A DNA stretch of 64,000 bases. Source: Octopus sinensis (Eukaryota). The notes beneath the pieces are model-generated. The model was given only the letters and a program-made list of their open reading frames with translations. It had not been told where the DNA came from and searched no databases. Of this stretch, positions 27,347-41,025 are shown piece by piece; within the stretch, counting starts at the first letter, position 1, and every line of letters starts with the position of its first letter. Where the stretch lies: positions 25,234,001 through 25,298,000 of the forward strand of contig NC_043008.1 of the NCBI RefSeq assembly GCF_006345805.1, in the 5' to 3' direction. The position numbers were made by a program, and so were the translations under genes.

Positions 27347-27875
27347 TATTATTATTCAGGTCACTGCCTGGAATTGAACTTGGAATCTTGGGGTTAAGAG
27401 TGCGGGCTACTAATATTTGATTGTCATTGGGATATGACTCTGGAGGATGCAATTGTAACAAATACTCCAACACAATTCAGAGATCTGTTTGCAGATCCTC
27501 CCTTTTAGGGTCACTTGCTTAAAAGCTATATACTAGCTTATAAACTGCCCTATTAGGTGGCTTTAAGCAAGTACATGCATATATTTACAAACATATACAG
27601 AAACGCACCTATAGTTAAAAATGTAGAATGTAGTTTAAAATTCATGTATACATAATGATATTATAAAAACATGATAGTTTTCAAAAATATCCAAGGAATG
27701 AAAGTACCTCTTAATATGTAAATAAGAATATAAAAATAAAGGAATACAAAAAATATAATGACATCCTGGATGAGTTAGAATATGAGAATCCAGTATAAAG
27801 TCAGGAAGTGAGAGAAGGGAATATAAATATAGGTGAGAGAAGAAGGTTATGCCATGAATGAAGTCAAACATTTTA

Positions 27876-28756
27876 TTAGGGTTTTTCTTTTTTAAATACT
27901 GTCCAATTTATCAAAAATATTTTTTCAAATTCGATTTAAGATGTTATTTTTATAGTGTTTTAAACAAAATTGTAAATGCTTAATAATTGATGTGTACGCT
28001 GTAATAAATTTTTATTGATTTCTTTCAGAATATAATGTTGAAGCATAGAAATCCTTAATTTCAATCATGAAAGAAGAAATGCAGTTACTTTCTTTTGCAT
28101 GAATTTGACATAATGCTTTCCAAGCAGCCGGCAATATCAACAGAGCATGGGGTGAAGGGTCTACTAGTTATTGGATGATACAATAGTGGTTTGAGAGATT
28201 CCTTAATTGGGATGAGAGCCTTGAAGATCAAGAAGATAGAGGACGTCCATCCACTCTTTATGATCACCATTTGAAAACAACTGTCAAACAAAACCCACGG
28301 CAAAGTGTCAGAGAAATATTTCATATGCTTGGTGTCTGTAAGCAACTGGAAGAAATGCATGTTCAATTGAGCAAAATGAGACCTGGTCCAATTCTGCTGA
28401 TGATAACACTTGACTGCACATTTCCAGGATGACACTGCAGAAGCTCACACATTTGGGATACAAGACCTTACCACATCCTCCATATTCTCCTGGTCTTTCA
28501 TGCACCAACTACTAATTTTTTAAAGCAAAAACCTTTTGTTCCAAAACTAAGATTGAAAACCGAATTCAAGGATTTCTTGGAATCAAAACCTTTAGATTTT
28601 TATTGAAGAGGCATAAACGACCTTGTTAAATGGTGGGAGAAATGCAAAGCTGTTCTGGTATCATATTTTGAATAATTAAACTTTTGTATAAGTTCAGTTT
28701 TTCAAGAATATAGGTTTATTTTTTAAATTGGCTGTTATTTTCTGGAATACCTAATA
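27876..28756 (+). mobile_element. Internally deleted mariner element
   Basis: SLEDQEDRGRP (HTH linker), LPHPPYSPGLS, and a right TIR ggctgttattttctggaatacctaata. Confidence 0.8.
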
Positions 28757-30459
28757 TTATGTAATGTAATCACAGTGACAATACTTATAACAATTATAGA
28801 GGTACAATAGGAGTTAGAGAATTACAGAATTAATGTTCAGGAGAGATAGAAAGTTTGTTGTTAGTAGTCATCACCTGACAGGTTTGATGTAAGCAGGTAT
28901 GTCTGCAGGTATGTGCAAATGTGTTTGTGTCCTGAATGTTAAAATACCTTGATTCAAGTGAATCTTACAAATAATATATATATATATACAGAGATACCTG
29001 ATATGTGATATATATATCACATATCTTTTACTTATTTCAGTCATTAGACTGTGGCCATGCTGGGGCACTATCTTGAAGAATTTTTATTCCAATGCATCAC
29101 CTCCTGTACTGGTGGGGTACAAACACATACACAAAGACACAAACTCATTATATTAATGTGTGTGTGAGCAAGCATGTGGTTGCATATGATGCTAATGTGT
29201 GCATGGGAGAACACATATATGCATGTGTGTGCAAACAAGTTCATTGGTGTGTATGAAACAATATGTGCATGTATAATCTATGTGTATGTGTGAGAGAGAC
29301 AATTAAGCATACATGACCTACATTGAAACTGTTTTGGTGATTGCATTTTTTTGGCAGTAGAGGCAGACATACATACACGAACATGCATACAGAAGCAGAA
29401 ATATACATGTTCAGATAGAAAGTGAGAGAGAGAAAGATCATAAATGGGCAGAATATGAGAGAAACATTAAAACATCTGATGATATATATATGACGGGCTT
29501 CTTTCAGCTACCATCTGCCAAATCCACTCACAAGGCTTTGGCTAGCATGGGGCTATAGCAAAAGTCACTTGACCAAGTTGGGTGTGGCAACAATGGCAAG
29601 CTTTGATCTCAGTTACTTGAAATATATGTTTTAAACCTGTGTCATTTAATACTTTACACCATTTCAGTAAACTACATTCATAATTTTGCTGGCTCGTCAG
29701 CATAACAAATTAATATGATTCTTTAAAAGCGTATTTTGTCATTTGATCTGCTAGTAGAAGCAGCTAAATTCCTTAAACAACATTCTTCAATCCTAAAATA
29801 AGAAAGGACACTTATATTTTGAAATTCTTTGAAATGTTGGGATTATTATCACAATACCTTTGTTCTTATGTTTGCTTGATAAAGATTGATCTGTGGTTAA
29901 ACTGCTAACAACAATAGTATTCAGTTTCCTGAAACAATATTCGAGTATATTTTTTAGTCGGTATTTAAATTGATTAAATTTTATCAATCTGTCTAGTTTT
30001 GTGTATTGTTTTCTTCAATATTTGTGTTTACCTTTTATATACATAAATAGATTAATTCAATTTTATTATTCACAAAGCTCTCATGTTAATAACAGTTCTA
30101 TTCTTGTAAATAAACATAAATTTAATTTTTTCTACTTATCTATGATAAATGTTTTAAATATTAGTTATAGACTTTTATTGAAGTTATATGGTTTAGAAAT
30201 TGCACTGTATATCATTGTTTGACTTACACAATAATTATACTGAACAAGACACAAAATACACATAATATAATAGAAATATGTGCTGCTAGCCTGGATTTTA
30301 TTCTTATTTCATTTAAAATTGTATACTGTTTATTTTAGTAAGGACTTAGAGATATTGTGAAAGTATTGTTAATGGGTTTGTCTGCTGGAAGAGGCTGTAC
30401 CCATGATCTTTGTAGACATTCTAAGACACTGTGAGATCAGCATATTAATCTTGATGCTG

Positions 30460-30900
30460 TACAAGGGTTGGCTGAAAGGTTCACTGGCAGATGGATATAC
30501 TCTCATGAAATATGACCAAATGAGTTTTATTTTTCAGTGTAGTCCCCCTTGTGGTCCACACATTTCTTCCATCAGTACTGCAGTACTTCGTTCCCATTTG
30601 TGAATAAACTTTCATATTGTTTGGCAAAAGATTTATCACCAAATTTATCACTGTGATACTAGTTCTCAGCCAAGTGTTTTTTCATACTGGGGAACAGATG
30701 ATAGATAGCACCAAATCAGGAGAGTAAGGAGGATGGCCAACCAGTTCAAAGCCACAGTCTTGCACAGTAGCAATTGAAAGCATGGGTAGACAGGGTACTC
30801 TGGAGGTTTAACTGAAAAGTAAGGACTAAGTAAACTGTTTATAGTAAAACCTAAATAAGGACACAGTATGAGTGATGACAATAAGAAAGATGCCTGAGTC
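30460..30900 (-). mobile_element. Mariner remnant
   Basis: Minus strand HPPYSPDL and RWKKCVDHKGDYTEK*, followed by a TIR-like end near 30460. Confidence 0.8.
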
Positions 30901-32770
30901 AGAAGGACTTCAGTGGAGTTTGTAGAAGACTAGTAAGTTCCATAAAGCAATTTGAGACTGGATGAAAAGGCAGAGTAAGGAGAACAGAGCTTATGATGGC
31001 CAGAGTTTTTTGAGTATTGGTGAATGACTTCTTGCCCATGAGTCGAGAGCTGTTTTAGAACAGGGTGTAGGATATCTACATGTACAGCATGTAATTTGTT
31101 ACATTTATTTCCTACGGTGAGATTTAATACTAGAAAAAGAGAGTTTTGAACTACATAATAGATGGAATTAACCTGGTTCTTTTTTTTATATGCCTCTATC
31201 AAAAATGTTTTATGTAAATAATTTGTAAACTTTTAGTGAATTTTTGTAGACATAGATTGATATAAAAAATGAACATAAATAACTGGTGCCACTTCAACTA
31301 TATAGCTTAGTTCTGTATTCTAATATATTTTCTACTCTTTGAATAGGAGCTATATTATCATATATTGTCAGAATTTTGGTGATATCAAGCATTCTATTAG
31401 TGACTGAATGCTGCAAATGTAATACACAATTGCTGGAAATACATGCACCATAATTCTTTAGCCAAATTTCTTTCTTTTAAATCCTGGACACATATACTTT
31501 ATTATTCATGAAGGTAAATTGAATAAGATTTATTCAGATTTATCTTATTCAAAGAAGCAACATTTCATATATTTTCAGATTCAAGCAATGATTCCCATAA
31601 AAATCAATTTAACAGGTGAATTCTTCTGATTAATTACATCAGCAGCAGGAATTTCTCAAGTATCATATTTTAATATTCCAATGGTTCTCAATCTTTTTGA
31701 TTCTGTAGTCCACTGAAGTACAAATAAAAGTTTGAAGTCACACTTTGCAAGGAAAATTAAAAATTACTCGCCAACTTTGCATGGAAGGTTAAAAATCATG
31801 TTTTGAAGTTAAAAATCTATATAATATGACTATGGCTTAACTTGTTTTATTAATCACACTTGTACGCAACAAAATTATGAAGAATATATTTTCAAGACAT
31901 TTTTATGGATTTTCAATATACCTTCAATTATATTTATGAAAATACATTGTTCACCTAAATACCCTTTACTGTACACTAGCAAGCTAGGAGAGCCAATGTA
32001 ATATACAATATATATATTTATTATTAATAAAACTTTATTTTTTAAAGTTTAGTTTCTGAACTACATAAGACATGATGCACATGATGCAGGAATGTCTATA
32101 AAGAAAAGAGGTTGACTTAGTAGGTAAACGGTTTGGGATTTGGTCCATCTTGGGCCAGTGTCTTCCACAATAGCCTTCAACTATTTAAATCCTTTTGAAA
32201 GGAATTTTGCAGATGGAAAATGTGCCTGCCAGAAGGACTGCCCTTGAATGAGTTGGCTTAAAAACAACTTCTGATCTTTGTTTATCTTTAGCAAACATCT
32301 CATTTGCATGTATTTAAGATGGGCCTCTGATTTGAGATTGACTCCCTCTTTTCTTCTTGCCAGGTTTTAGATGTCTGAAAAGAATAACTTTCCTCATTTG
32401 ACTAAAATAATAACAAAGAAACTTTTTTCTGGAAAATATTCATATTTTTGTATTAACTACATGGAATATATTTTTTTAATAGCTTAGTTTACTTTTTAGT
32501 ATTTGTGGCTACTGGAATGTGACAACGTTTGGGCACTACTGGCAATTGTCAGATATCACTCTCAATTTGGTGAATTATTGAAAGAATAAAACTGCCCAAC
32601 ACAATATTTTACAGTATCATATACCTCCATTAATATTCTCATTTCAAATCTTCTAGATCTAAAAGGGAAGATACTCCTGTTTAGTACAGGAGTATCAAAC
32701 GTAATATCATACCTACACCCTACAAATATATGGAATTGTACCTATGTTACAAAATTTTGGTTTTAAGCAT

Positions 32771-33944
32771 TACTAGCAGTATAGCTCAGCTTTGTTCAGG
32801 GTTAAGTTAGGATTATTAAGCTAATCAAGCTCTTTATTTCAAAGCAAACTAAGTAACATCGACATCAAATTTGAGGGAAATCCGTTGAAATTGGTAAACT
32901 TTTGGCTGAAATTTTGCAGAAAACCTGATTGGGAAATCCCATAAGGAATCGGTTTATCGATTTTTTCCACTCATCGATTGTTTTATTTTCTTCGTTTTTG
33001 GAGAATTTAAAGCATTCAAAGATCCCATGAGTCCTAAGTAATGCTGGAATTAAGTTTAAACAAAGTACATCAAAATTGGTAGACGTTATGGTTGAAAATG
33101 GAGTGTAGCCAATTTTAGTGGGAAGTCCTATAAGGAATCGGTTTATCGATTTTAAAAAAATTTTGATTAAATGGAAAACCCCATAAGGAATCGGTTTATT
33201 ATTTTACACCCCAAATAGAACTTAACCGAACATTGCTGATTCAAAAACATCTATATTTATACTTTAAAGTTGGCTTTCATACCCAACCCAGTTATGCAGA
33301 ATCAGTGTCACGGCGGGAGTGCATGGGTTGCGAGTTTGATCGGCAGAGGTGATCAAGTTGCATATGCCAACCCTTTTGAAAACACCCCCCCCATCATATA
33401 ACCCCATTTTGCCCATGGGTTGGAAACCCTTCCAGCAAGGAAAATAGAACGCCGAAAAGGGCCCTCGATCCTCTGTGCGAGAAGTGGTTATGTTCAGATC
33501 ACAACTAAGTATATATATATATTATATGGGCAACACACACACACACAAATATATACGTACATACACCTATTGCATGCATGTTTTTGCACGCTTTTGCCCC
33601 TGCCCCCTCCTCCTACTTGAGTAATACCATCAATTGAAGCCAATTTGCCACCCAGACGTAAGTTTTTAACAGGAATAGAGAAACCTAACTTCTCCCGCAG
33701 AGATGTGAGAGTCAGATCTCTCCATTCGAAAACATGAACAGTTTCGAAACATTGTTTACAAAATAATAGCTGATCGTTGGCGAAGGAGCGTGTCTACAGT
33801 CAACACGTAGGTCTTTTGCTCTGGTAACCTCTGCCCTCTCCCATGTTCACGCACGACCAGCTATATACCACTATGATTAGAGCAACGGGTTCAGCTAATT
33901 TGGAAATTAGTTGTGGAGAAACGGAGAATATCGTTTATATAGTG

Positions 33945-33986
<42 letters not shown>

Positions 33987-34460
33987 ATTATATATATATA
34001 TATACGGTCAACACACACATTGCATGCATGTGTTTTGTACGCATACATGCTCGTGTGTGTGTGTGTGTGTGTGACTGAAGCCATTCACACATACATAACA
34101 ACACCTGTCCGTCTGTTTTTGTGTGTCAGTCTCTCACTAAAAAGAAATTTTTTAAATCTGTTATCTCTCTCTCTCCCTTTCCCTCCCTCTCTTTACACCG
34201 TCGCTAGAAGGTGACTTAACTCAGTGAATTTCTCCGCTGTGAAAATTGAAGTTATGGCTCAAAATTATTTACCACTATTCGCGGGTGCCTCGGGGGAAAA
34301 TAATTTGACGAAAATAGAGCTAGGATCGTGACAAATGTCCTCCTAAAATTTGAGTGACATGCATGCTAATTTGTGGATGTGCATAAACTACAATCACGTA
34401 CACACCCAGATGCACACACACACACACACACACACACATCATGCCTTATATATTTACAGA
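32771..34460 (+). mobile_element. ~1.7-kb HINE/Helitron-like non-autonomous element
   Basis: Starts tactagcagtatagctcagctttgttcaggg (cf. 36103 and 38592). Three ccataaggaatcggtttat repeats; ends (CA)n...tatatttacagat. Confidence 0.5.
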
Positions 34461-34589
34461 TTATTTGTAGTAGTAAAGCCATCCTCTGGGTGTTTTTTCA
34501 ACCAAGCATTAAGATAAAATTATATATATATACTTCGTTTTTGTATCTGGTCTGCAAGATTCTTTATGCGATTTGTGTGTTGAAACAAA

Positions 34590-35000
34590 TTTTGTTGTCT
34601 CTGGGGAGAGTCATTATGTCTTAAGAAATCTTATTAACTAACACACTCACTGGTTTGATTTACACTCATTTTATTTATTTATATATTTATTTTCTCTTCC
34701 AGAATTTTTATTGCTTCTTACAACCTTCTCAATAGTTGTTGACCTTGTCTGTTATTGGAACTGCATTCCTTTTGTTTGTTTATGTATATACATACATACA
34801 TATATACATACATATGTGTATACACACGAATGCTGATGCACACAAACAAACAAATGGAATGCATCAGACAGAAGCAATGAAAATTTTGGAAGAAAGAATA
34901 AATATATAATAATAAATAAAATGAGTGGTAATCGAATTGGTGAGTGTGTTGGTTAATAAGGCATAATGACAAAATGGTTCTCTCCTGACACAACAAAATA
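34590..35000. repeat. Imperfect inverted repeat (~130-bp arms)
   Basis: cttattaactaacacactcact pairs with ggtgagtgtgttggttaataag; cttccagaatttttattgcttct pairs with agaagcaatgaaaattttggaag. Confidence 0.7.
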
Positions 35001-35007
35001 TATGTAG

Positions 35008-35046
35008 CCCTAATCACATTCTACCATCTTAAGTTACATAAAGATA

Positions 35047-35104
<58 letters not shown>

Positions 35105-35147
35105 ATTGTATCTTTATGTAACTTAAGATGGTAGAATGTGATTAGGG
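35008..35147. repeat. Perfect 41-bp inverted repeat around an (AT)n(GT)n spacer
   Basis: 35008-35048 is the exact reverse complement of 35107-35147. Confidence 0.9.
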
Positions 35148-37539
35148 ATAATTTGGGTGCTATATCTAGTAGATCATGTGTCTCATTATAGATCTTCCAT
35201 TGCAGGTTAAAGTAAATTTTCATATTGTTGTGTAGTCCCTAATCAGTTGTACATAAAATAAATTAACAACAATTAGGAGAAAATACATTCCATTCTTGTC
35301 AATGATTTTGTATAAAAAGCAAGAATGTATTATTCGACTTGAACGTTATTTGAAGATAAGTACCAGCTTGTATGGAACATCATTACCGTTTAGGAAACTA
35401 TTGGCAGCAACACTTCTTCGCTAGGGAGAAACTGAAGATATTAATATATAAGCATCATAATAGAGAACAAAGACGACTCAGCTACATTGATGCTATTGGC
35501 AAAGGCACACAACATCAACCTCGGGACTCCAAGGCTAATAGTGAATAGAGATTCAAGGCTTGGTATGGGAAAATGCATTCAGTAGTAGCCACTTGAACAA
35601 GGATAGTTAGTGATGACATTTAGTAGTCAAACCATGCTACAAAGAAAGAGAGATTAACAACTATCACAATGTTGTGTAACCATTGTATAAAACAACTGAA
35701 AAAATTGTATTTGGATGTGTTAAATGAATTTCTGATTTATTTGCTTGGTAAATAGATTTGCTTAAGTAAATCTATAATGAAAGGCATTCAAACCATTGTC
35801 ATTCTGTCTTTTTAGTAGTATGTTTTGAACCACATTATTTAATTTTTCTTTTATATTAGCCATTAGCTCGATGTGATTTAAAGAATATTTGGCTGATATA
35901 TTTAGTAAGTTGAGCGACCATTTAGAGATTCTTTCACTGGTTCATAGATAAAAGTATTGTTACATAATATGGAGGTTGTAATTTTTAAGAACTTCAACGT
36001 GACTCAAATTCTTGTGGTTTTGTGGGTTTATAAGGTTATCACCATATATTTTTGCTCACTTAGCTGAACCATCCTTCAGTTATATGAATATATATATGTA
36101 TACTAGCAGAGATACCCAGCATTGCCCGTGTTACATGCAATTGAAGAATTAGACTTTTCTGTTATATTTTCTGTAATGAACTAGAATACCTATGTTTCAA
36201 ATTTCATCAAAATTGCAGATGAGGGTTATTTCCCTCTTTACACACCCTAAAAAAATTGTAATCTTGCTACATGTATCCCATACTACTGATTTTTATGCGC
36301 ATATTCCAAAATATACTACTGATTTTTATGCGCATATTCCAAAATATAAAGAACCTGTTAAAAGGATTTCGCTCCTGAAAAATGGATGTCATGGAGCTCT
36401 AAAATGTGAGAGTTAAGGCCTCTATTGGAGGTGGGTGTCTTAATGTCAACCAGAGAAGTTGAATTGTTGAGAATCTTTTTAACTTGGGTCTTATATCTAT
36501 TGTTTGAATTTCTTTGAAATAGTAAATATATGTATGTTCACTGGGTTTGTAAAAGAGAGCAAAGCTACAGGAAACCAAAAGATGAATGATCACAATAAGC
36601 AGTCAGCTACCCTACTCTAGTCCTTACCACTCCCCAATGTAGGATTCCTCACCATCCAGGTGACAGGCACAGCCACAAGATGCATTATAAATCTATAGCA
36701 ATTGGAAGGGCATTCCCAACTGAAATAAACATTAACAACCGTGTGACATGAGGGCTAAGGAAAAATAAAAGTGTCACCTCTGGAGTTTGCATATGACTAC
36801 CATACTGATACGTAACTGGACAGAATAAATGTACAATCTATAAATGTCTTTGAATAACCAGTTACTCATCTGGGAAGGCCTTGAAATCAATGTTACCATC
36901 TGGGGACTATGTGACCCAGTGATAATAAAAAGACTGAAAGGAGGTCTACAATCAAATAACTTTACTCATCATTTTGCAACTGAATCAGTGGAGGCAAAGA
37001 TGCCTCTCATTTACTTGACAATTTATGCATCACATTGCACAAATCACAATGTAAGTCAAAGCAAACTCTTACACTGTTGTACTATTGAATTACAAATAAT
37101 ACTCATCTTTTATGCTCGGGTAACCTTACAGCTTCCAAGAGTACAACTGTATTCATCTTTGCTTAGATAAAATGACTAAATTGTGGGTGTTATTTCCCCA
37201 TGAAGGAGTCTTTCTAACTTCTAAGAAGATGAAATTTTATAAATATTGCTTTATTTTTGTCTATCTATAGTTAAAATTTCATCAACAGCAGTTTTCGAAT
37301 GCATAAGTAACAAATGATCACACATAAAGACATTCACTTTGATATAATAGATATGAATATGCACATATACATGCATGTATATATATGTGTGTGTGTGGGG
37401 GTGGTGTCTGTGTGTGTGTGTGTGTGTCTGTGTGCATGCATATGTGCATGTGTGTATATTATACACACATACACGCACACACACGCACACAAAGATAAAT
37501 TGATAGATACAACTGAGTGGGCAAACAAAAATATGAGAC

Positions 37540-37875
37540 ACAGCCTAGGGCTTTTTCTATGTTGATAATCCTCGTACTTATTCTATTAGTTTCTTTTTGT
37601 GAAACCAGTAAGTTATGGGGATGTAAATAAACGAACAGCAGTTGTGAAGCAGTGATGAGGGAGAAACACAAAGACACACATATAGACTTACATATATACA
37701 TACATATATATACGATTGATTTCTTTCAATTTCTGTCTACAAAATCCATTGAGAAGGCTTTGGTTGGTCTGAGGCTATAGCAGAACACACAAGCCAAGTC
37801 ACCACGCAGTGGGACTGAACCCAGGACCATGTATTTTGGAACCAAGTTTGTTACCACACAGCCACACCTGCACCT
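37540..37875 (-). mobile_element. tRNA-SINE, decayed
   Basis: gcagtgggactgaacccaggaccatg...ccacacagccacacctgcacct head; body similar to the other copies. Confidence 0.7.
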
Positions 37876-37964
37876 ATGTATGTGTGCGTGTGTGTGTATA
37901 GGTATATATATATATGCATGTATATATGTGTATATATGTGTACATATAACATGTACATCTATAT

Positions 37965-38120
37965 ATATATAGGGAAAGTTTACAAAAAAAACAAAAGACG
38001 AAGACAGGTGGTGTACAAAACAAACAGATATATTAGTACAATGCTCAGGAATAGAAAAACTCTTTTACGTTTTGAGCCTACACTCTTCTACAGAAAGGTA
38101 CACAGAAAAAACAAGGAGAA
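37965..38120 (-). mobile_element. PLE pLTR fragment with decayed minimal hammerhead (38062-38097)
   Basis: Minus strand CUUU-CUGUAGA-A-GAG-uguagg-CUC-(A)AAA-CG-UA-AAAG. Flanked by (TA)n; second copy at 63430-63590. Confidence 0.55.
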
Positions 38121-38143
38121 TATACATCTACACATATACATGT

Positions 38144-38208
<65 letters not shown>

Positions 38209-38744
38209 TACACATATACATGTATACATATATATATATATACATGTAAATTTAAATTTAAAATAATAAGGGTGAAAAATTGAATATTAATTTGATTATA
38301 TTAATTTGATTTCACTTTCACAGTATGAAAGTGAAACTATTAAAGTGAAAGCATCTGACATTACAATATTGAAATGTTCTTGTTTCACTTTTGACACGTA
38401 ATACTGAAAAATGGTAGAGAAGATATGATATTGCTGTGGGCTCGCACTAGGCAAGAAGTTCAAAATTTCTTTTTGCCCATGACACTACATAGACCCTAAG
38501 TAAGGCATGTGTAAAATTTGAATGAATTTGGTTGTGTAGTTCTCAAGTTTTAGGGATTCACACAGACACACGTTCTCATCTTTATATATATACTAGCATT
38601 ATCACCCGTCGTTGCCGGGTCATAGTGTTAGTGCATGTATATATGTGTACATATTACATGTACATTTATATATATACATCTACACATAAAATACAAATTA
38701 CAATGTTATATCTTGATATCGCTAGTGATAACAATACTCAAAAT

Positions 38745-39217
38745 ATATAACAGACTGGAATTGTAGGCCCGTCTCTTGCAATTTCGATCAATTGTATCTT
38801 GTCCTCCCTCTTGTATAGAAGTGTGGCTACAATCCAGCCTACCTCTACTTCTGGGGGGACATTTTTAATTTTTATCCGGGACGTCCTACGTCCCAGATAT
38901 AAAGGTAAAAATAAAATATTTCCACTTTGCAAGGTTCGAGTCTAGTACTCCCTTGCACGCTCTGTTGACTCGAACCTTGCTTTTATTGTGGCGAATTTAC
39001 CGCCTCTGGTTAGATACTTGATATCTTTCAAAGTCGCACCAAGACACTTTTCGACGGTGCTTTCCTCCAGGTGTTCAAATTTTTTTTTCTCTATATTGTG
39101 TACTTTATAGACAATAGTCTTTTCTTTAATTTATTTTTTTATTTCGTTTGGTGGTGTTATCCTAGATTCACCGTTTTTATCGGTGATCAATCTGAAATAG
39201 GTTTGTATTTCTTCCAT
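38745..39217 (-). pseudogene. Non-LTR retrotransposon ORF1-like (gag-like/RRM) remnant
   Basis: One frame of ~155 codons with only two stops: MEEIQTYF...KEKTIVYKVHNIE...KYLTRGGKFATIKARFES...LFLPLYLGRRTSRIKIKNVPPEVEVGWIVATLL. Family assignment is by resemblance only. Confidence 0.5.
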
Positions 39218-39934
39218 TTAAATTTTAATGAGTTCGCGCCCGCCGACGGCTGCAGCGAATTTCATTTTTGGACTTTCTTCTATCGAAGGCATTCTAACAA
39301 AAATGCTTCCGTATAAACGGTGAAAATATTGTCAATTTCCCCAAACAGGGACACAATTAAATTTTTAAACAATAACCAAAGCTCCTTCTCCCAAAGGTGG
39401 AGGGTTATAGTTTACAATTATTTAACAAATGCAACACAACAACGTTTCCCTTTCGAGGAACCAACAAACGTGATAACAATAGTTAAAAAGTAATAATAAT
39501 AACAACAAACCTTATGGTGAATCAAAAAGCTGTACGCAGTTGAAGCTATAGTCCTTTATGTATAAGAAATAAACCAACAGCAGTACTCAGTAGAAGCGGT
39601 TGTTCGAGAGAACAGACATTACATACAGCCAAATTTCATATAGATACATAATGCTAGCTAATTAGCAGATAATCTAATGTAAAAGCCGTGGTAAAAGGTA
39701 TGTGCACAGCTCCATCTGGTCTATTCCATTTCTGCACACTAATTTTATTTCTAATTTATTCCCATTCATGTGAAACTACTTATTAAAGTTCAAGTCATTG
39801 ATGCAATTTTATACCAATTGCTATTTTTACTTTTGTTATGTTACGATTATATTATACTTTAGTTTGATTTTAATTATTACTTACTACATATAATTCAATT
39901 GTTATTATTATATCTAATTTTTATTGTTAAAATG

Positions 39935-40090
39935 AAAGTATCTCTTTACTCTTTTACTTGTTTCAGTCATTTGACTGCAGCCATGCTGGAGCACCGCCTT
40001 TAGTCGAGCAAATCTGCTCCGGGACTTATTCTTTGTAAGCCCAGTACTTATTCTATCAGTCTCTTTCGCCGAACCGCTAAGTGACGCTAG
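39935..40090 (-). mobile_element. tRNA-SINE 3' half, interrupted by the following PLE
   Basis: Matches 4455-4600 and breaks off at ccgctaagtgacg. Confidence 0.75.
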
Positions 40091-40136
40091 GACAACCCAA
40101 GGAAGAGGAAAACAAGAACAAGTCATACCATTCATA

Positions 40137-40721
40137 GTGACACACAACCCATGTCACCAGAATATCTTCAACATTGCCAAAGCAAACCTACCAATCAAAG
40201 CCCAAAGTTATGAATTAAAAGACATAATCACGGATCGAGCTATGGTGCTTAGTAAAAGACAGCATAAAAACTTGAAAACATTACTAACAAAGGCAAAATT
40301 TGACCTTAGCAACAAAGACCAAATATTCACTGTATCTAAATGCAATGATAGCCGATGTGGCACATGCCAATTCATACATACCGGCCAATATATAAACACA
40401 AAAACCGGGAAAATATTCACAAATGCGAATATGAACTGCAAAAGCAGAAATTTAATTTACTGCATCAAATGCCCAAATTGTGAAGAAATGTATGTAGGTC
40501 AGACGGGAAACGCACTATCAGAACGCTCACGTGTACACCGGCAACAGATTAGAGACCCAGAGGTCCGTCAGATACCTTTGAGTAACCACCTAGCAACATG
40601 TGGCCGGAAAATGTATATAATATTTCCGTTCTACAAATTACACAGCCCAAGTGAAATCGAGAGGAAAATCAGAGAAAAGAATTTTATTGATAAATTAGAA
40701 CCCAAGCTAAATAAGCAATAA
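40137..40721 (+). CDS. PLE C-terminus: Cys linker plus GIY-YIG endonuclease (5'-truncated, frame intact)
   Basis: KCNDSRCGTC Cys motif, NLIYCIKCPNCEEMYVGQT, R...HR, HLATC and E..FI.KL.PKLN; homologous to ORF 48263-48790. Confidence 0.88.
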   Translation: MTHNPCHQNIFNIAKANLPIKAQSYELKDIITDRAMVLSKRQHKNLKTLLTKAKFDLSNKDQIFTVSKCNDSRCGTCQFIHTGQYINTKTGKIFTNANMNCKSRNLIYCIKCPNCEEMYVGQTGNALSERSRVHRQQIRDPEVRQIPLSNHLATCGRKMYIIFPFYKLHSPSEIERKIREKNFIDKLEPKLNKQ

Positions 40722-41025
40722 TAATAATACTTAGAGGTACTACTTCTACTGCTACGACAATGACCACTAACAACAACAACAATACTAAAGGTGATCAAGA
40801 TGAAGATAGCAGGAAAATTATCTTATTTAGGGTTAAAAGTTCTATTGCCACCACCATCACCACTAGCAACAATAATTAAGGTGCTGACAATGATGATGAT
40901 GACAATTGAAATATAAAAATATAAAAATCTCTGACAAAGGCTATTTACAACATTTCTAAAAATAACCCAACAATTGCTGCTTCGGCCAGGGTCAAGATAC
41001 AGGACTCTTGACATGTCCAACAAAG

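Noticed and set aside
29650-29706. Minus-strand CTGACGA...GAAA near the shared 18-nt motif
   Set aside because: Helices cannot be formed convincingly; at best a decayed copy.
36280-36345. Exact 33-bp tandem duplication
   Set aside because: A simple local slippage inside a HINE-like repeat; no further structure.
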